In this document: piece after piece, positions 62,678 through 64,000 of the stretch
How positions within the stretch are numbered: position 1 is the stretch's first letter
Layout of the letters: every line of letters begins with the position of its first letter
Source: an uncultured Acidobacteriota bacterium
Lineage (GTDB): Bacteria; Acidobacteriota; Blastocatellia; RBC074
Assembly (NCBI GenBank): GCA_963796275.1
Contig: CAWCKY010000002.1
Location: 160,001 to 224,000 of the forward strand
Direction: 5' to 3'
DNA: 64,000 nt
The notes under the pieces: model-generated
The model's input: the letters and a program-made list of their open reading frames with translations, nothing else
Told to the model about the DNA's origin: nothing
The model's database searches: none
Program-made: the position numbers and the translations under genes

Positions 62678-64000
62678 TCATTCGGACTTCAAGACGAGGT
62701 GCGGCTCAATCCGCAAGGCTCTGGCCGCCGGAATGTAGCAGGCGACCAACCCGGCCAGCACCAACAAAGACGAGACTCCCAAAAAGATTAACGAATCAGT
62801 GGGGGAAACATTGTAGAGCAGCTCGTGCAAACCGCTGGTCAGCAGCGCGGCTCCTCCCCAACCCAGGGCTATGCCGACAAGGACCTGAATCATTCCTTGG
62901 CGAATGATCAAACCGAGCACATTTGCCGCGCTTGCTCCTAACGCCCTCCGGACCGCTATCTCGCGCACGCGGTGGCTCACAGACAGAGAAAGCATGCCGC
63001 TGACCCCGGAGACGGCGATCACCAGTGCCAATATCGCGAAGAGCGAGAGGAGATGAGTGGCCAGCTTGTTGAGAGAGAGAGAGTCGCTGCTCGTCTGGTT
63101 CAATGTTTCGACCCGGGTAATCGCGATCTCCGGATCGACATCGCGAATCGCTCTACGGACGGCCCTTATAGTTGGCTCGGGGTCGCCGGCGGAGCGAACG
63201 AGGACGGCCCCTACATGTTCCGGATGCTGCGCGGCAGGAGCATATACTTCGTCCGGCGCAGCGCGGTTAAGGCCGAACTCCTTAACGTCACCGACCACTC
63301 CGACAATCGTCGCGCTCCTCTCTTCGCCGCTGCGAGAAATAGGTTTGCCGATCGCACTCTCTTCGCCCCAGTGCCGCCGTGCGAACGATAGACTAACAAC
63401 GGCCACCAAAGGGCCGCTTTCATTATCGGAGTCCTCAAAACTCCTTCCCCTCAGAATCGGAATGCCAAGGGTCTCGAAGTAACCCGGCGTCACGACCCTG
63501 ACCACCGCTGTTCCGCTAGGGAGCCCCAAGCCGGTATCAAAATGCTCGATCCAGGGTCTGTAGGCGACGGCGTCCGGATCAAGCGGAAAACTCGACGATA
63601 CGGCGGCGCTCAGGAGCTCGGGGTGGTTCCGTAACCTGTCAAGCAGGCGCGCTCCTACATTACGCCAATCCTCTCCCGTAACGTAACGGGCCCAGTTTAA
63701 ATCGACATTCGCGGCCACCACGTTCTGGCGGACAAAGCCGGGATCGACCATCCAGAGGTTGATCAGACTTCGGGTAAGAAGCCCCGCTCCGATCAATAGC
63801 ATGAATGAGAACGCTACCTGGCCAATTACCAACACAGATTGCAGAGAGAGTCGTCTTGATCGCCAGGCGACATACCCGGTGCCCTCCTTGAGGCCCTGGC
63901 TGAGATTCCTTCGCGAAGAAAGGGCGGCGAGCGATCCGAAGATTATGCTGACCAATATGGCCCCTGCGAACGCAAAGAGGAATGCTGACCGATCGAGGCT
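62678..64000 (-). CDS. ADOP/MacB-FtsX ABC permease (5' part beyond window)
   Basis: LVIGQVA.S..LLIGAGLL.RS, IVGVVGDV, REIAVRRALGA and ACYIPAARA motifs. Confidence 0.88.
   Translation of the reverse strand, partial: SLDRSAFLFAFAGAILVSIIFGSLAALSSRRNLSQGLKEGTGYVAWRSRRLSLQSVLVIGQVAFSFMLLIGAGLLTRSLINLWMVDPGFVRQNVVAANVDLNWARYVTGEDWRNVGARLLDRLRNHPELLSAAVSSSFPLDPDAVAYRPWIEHFDTGLGLPSGTAVVRVVTPGYFETLGIPILRGRSFEDSDNESGPLVAVVSLSFARRHWGEESAIGKPISRSGEERSATIVGVVGDVKEFGLNRAAPDEVYAPAAQHPEHVGAVLVRSAGDPEPTIRAVRRAIRDVDPEIAITRVETLNQTSSDSLSLNKLATHLLSLFAILALVIAVSGVSGMLSLSVSHRVREIAVRRALGASAANVLGLIIRQGMIQVLVGIALGWGGAALLTSGLHELLYNVSPTDSLIFLGVSSLLVLAGLVACYIPAARALRIEPHLVLKSE

Overview
This is bacterial chromosomal DNA, most likely Acidobacteria. 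That call is inferred from the Oar/Cna-type TonB-dependent receptor, the ADOP-type permease, the SBBP protein and the act-cox cluster. I saw no rRNA, tRNA, CRISPR array or transposase. The window has four parts. (1) 0-8 kb holds a FecR-domain protein with a GFH-repeat tail, a PQQ beta-propeller dehydrogenase, and decayed gene fragments. (2) 8-19.2 kb is an AraC plus TonB-receptor locus that looks like a partly periplasmic quinate/shikimate-type pathway. It has a soluble PQQ dehydrogenase, a signal-peptide-bearing AroQ, a pentaheme ActA paralogue, a split QuiC1-like pair and a shikimate dehydrogenase. (3) 19-29 kb holds SBBP, YcaQ, GHL10, truncated MscS, FUSC and remnants. (4) 29-61 kb is a complete respiratory island: an E. 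coli-type nuoA-N operon diverges from alternative complex III (actA-G) and an A2-type caa3 oxidase. A KdpD/KdpE-like two-component pair lies between them and no kdpFABC is present. The strongest signal is one promoter architecture upstream of nuo, of the kinase/regulator pair and of act-cox: 11-bp-periodic repeats containing an invariant TTTATGACTTC, then exactly 16 nt, then a TG-extended -10. This suggests a KdpE-type regulator controls a whole respiratory chain. A second, paralogous kinase carries a FixL-like PAS domain. Other oddities are an in-frame SCO-CoxB fusion bridged by heptamer repeats, a cytochrome P460-family/YHS fusion, and three single-base frameshifts that may be sequencing errors. 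All calls come from motif recognition by eye; no database searches were run.
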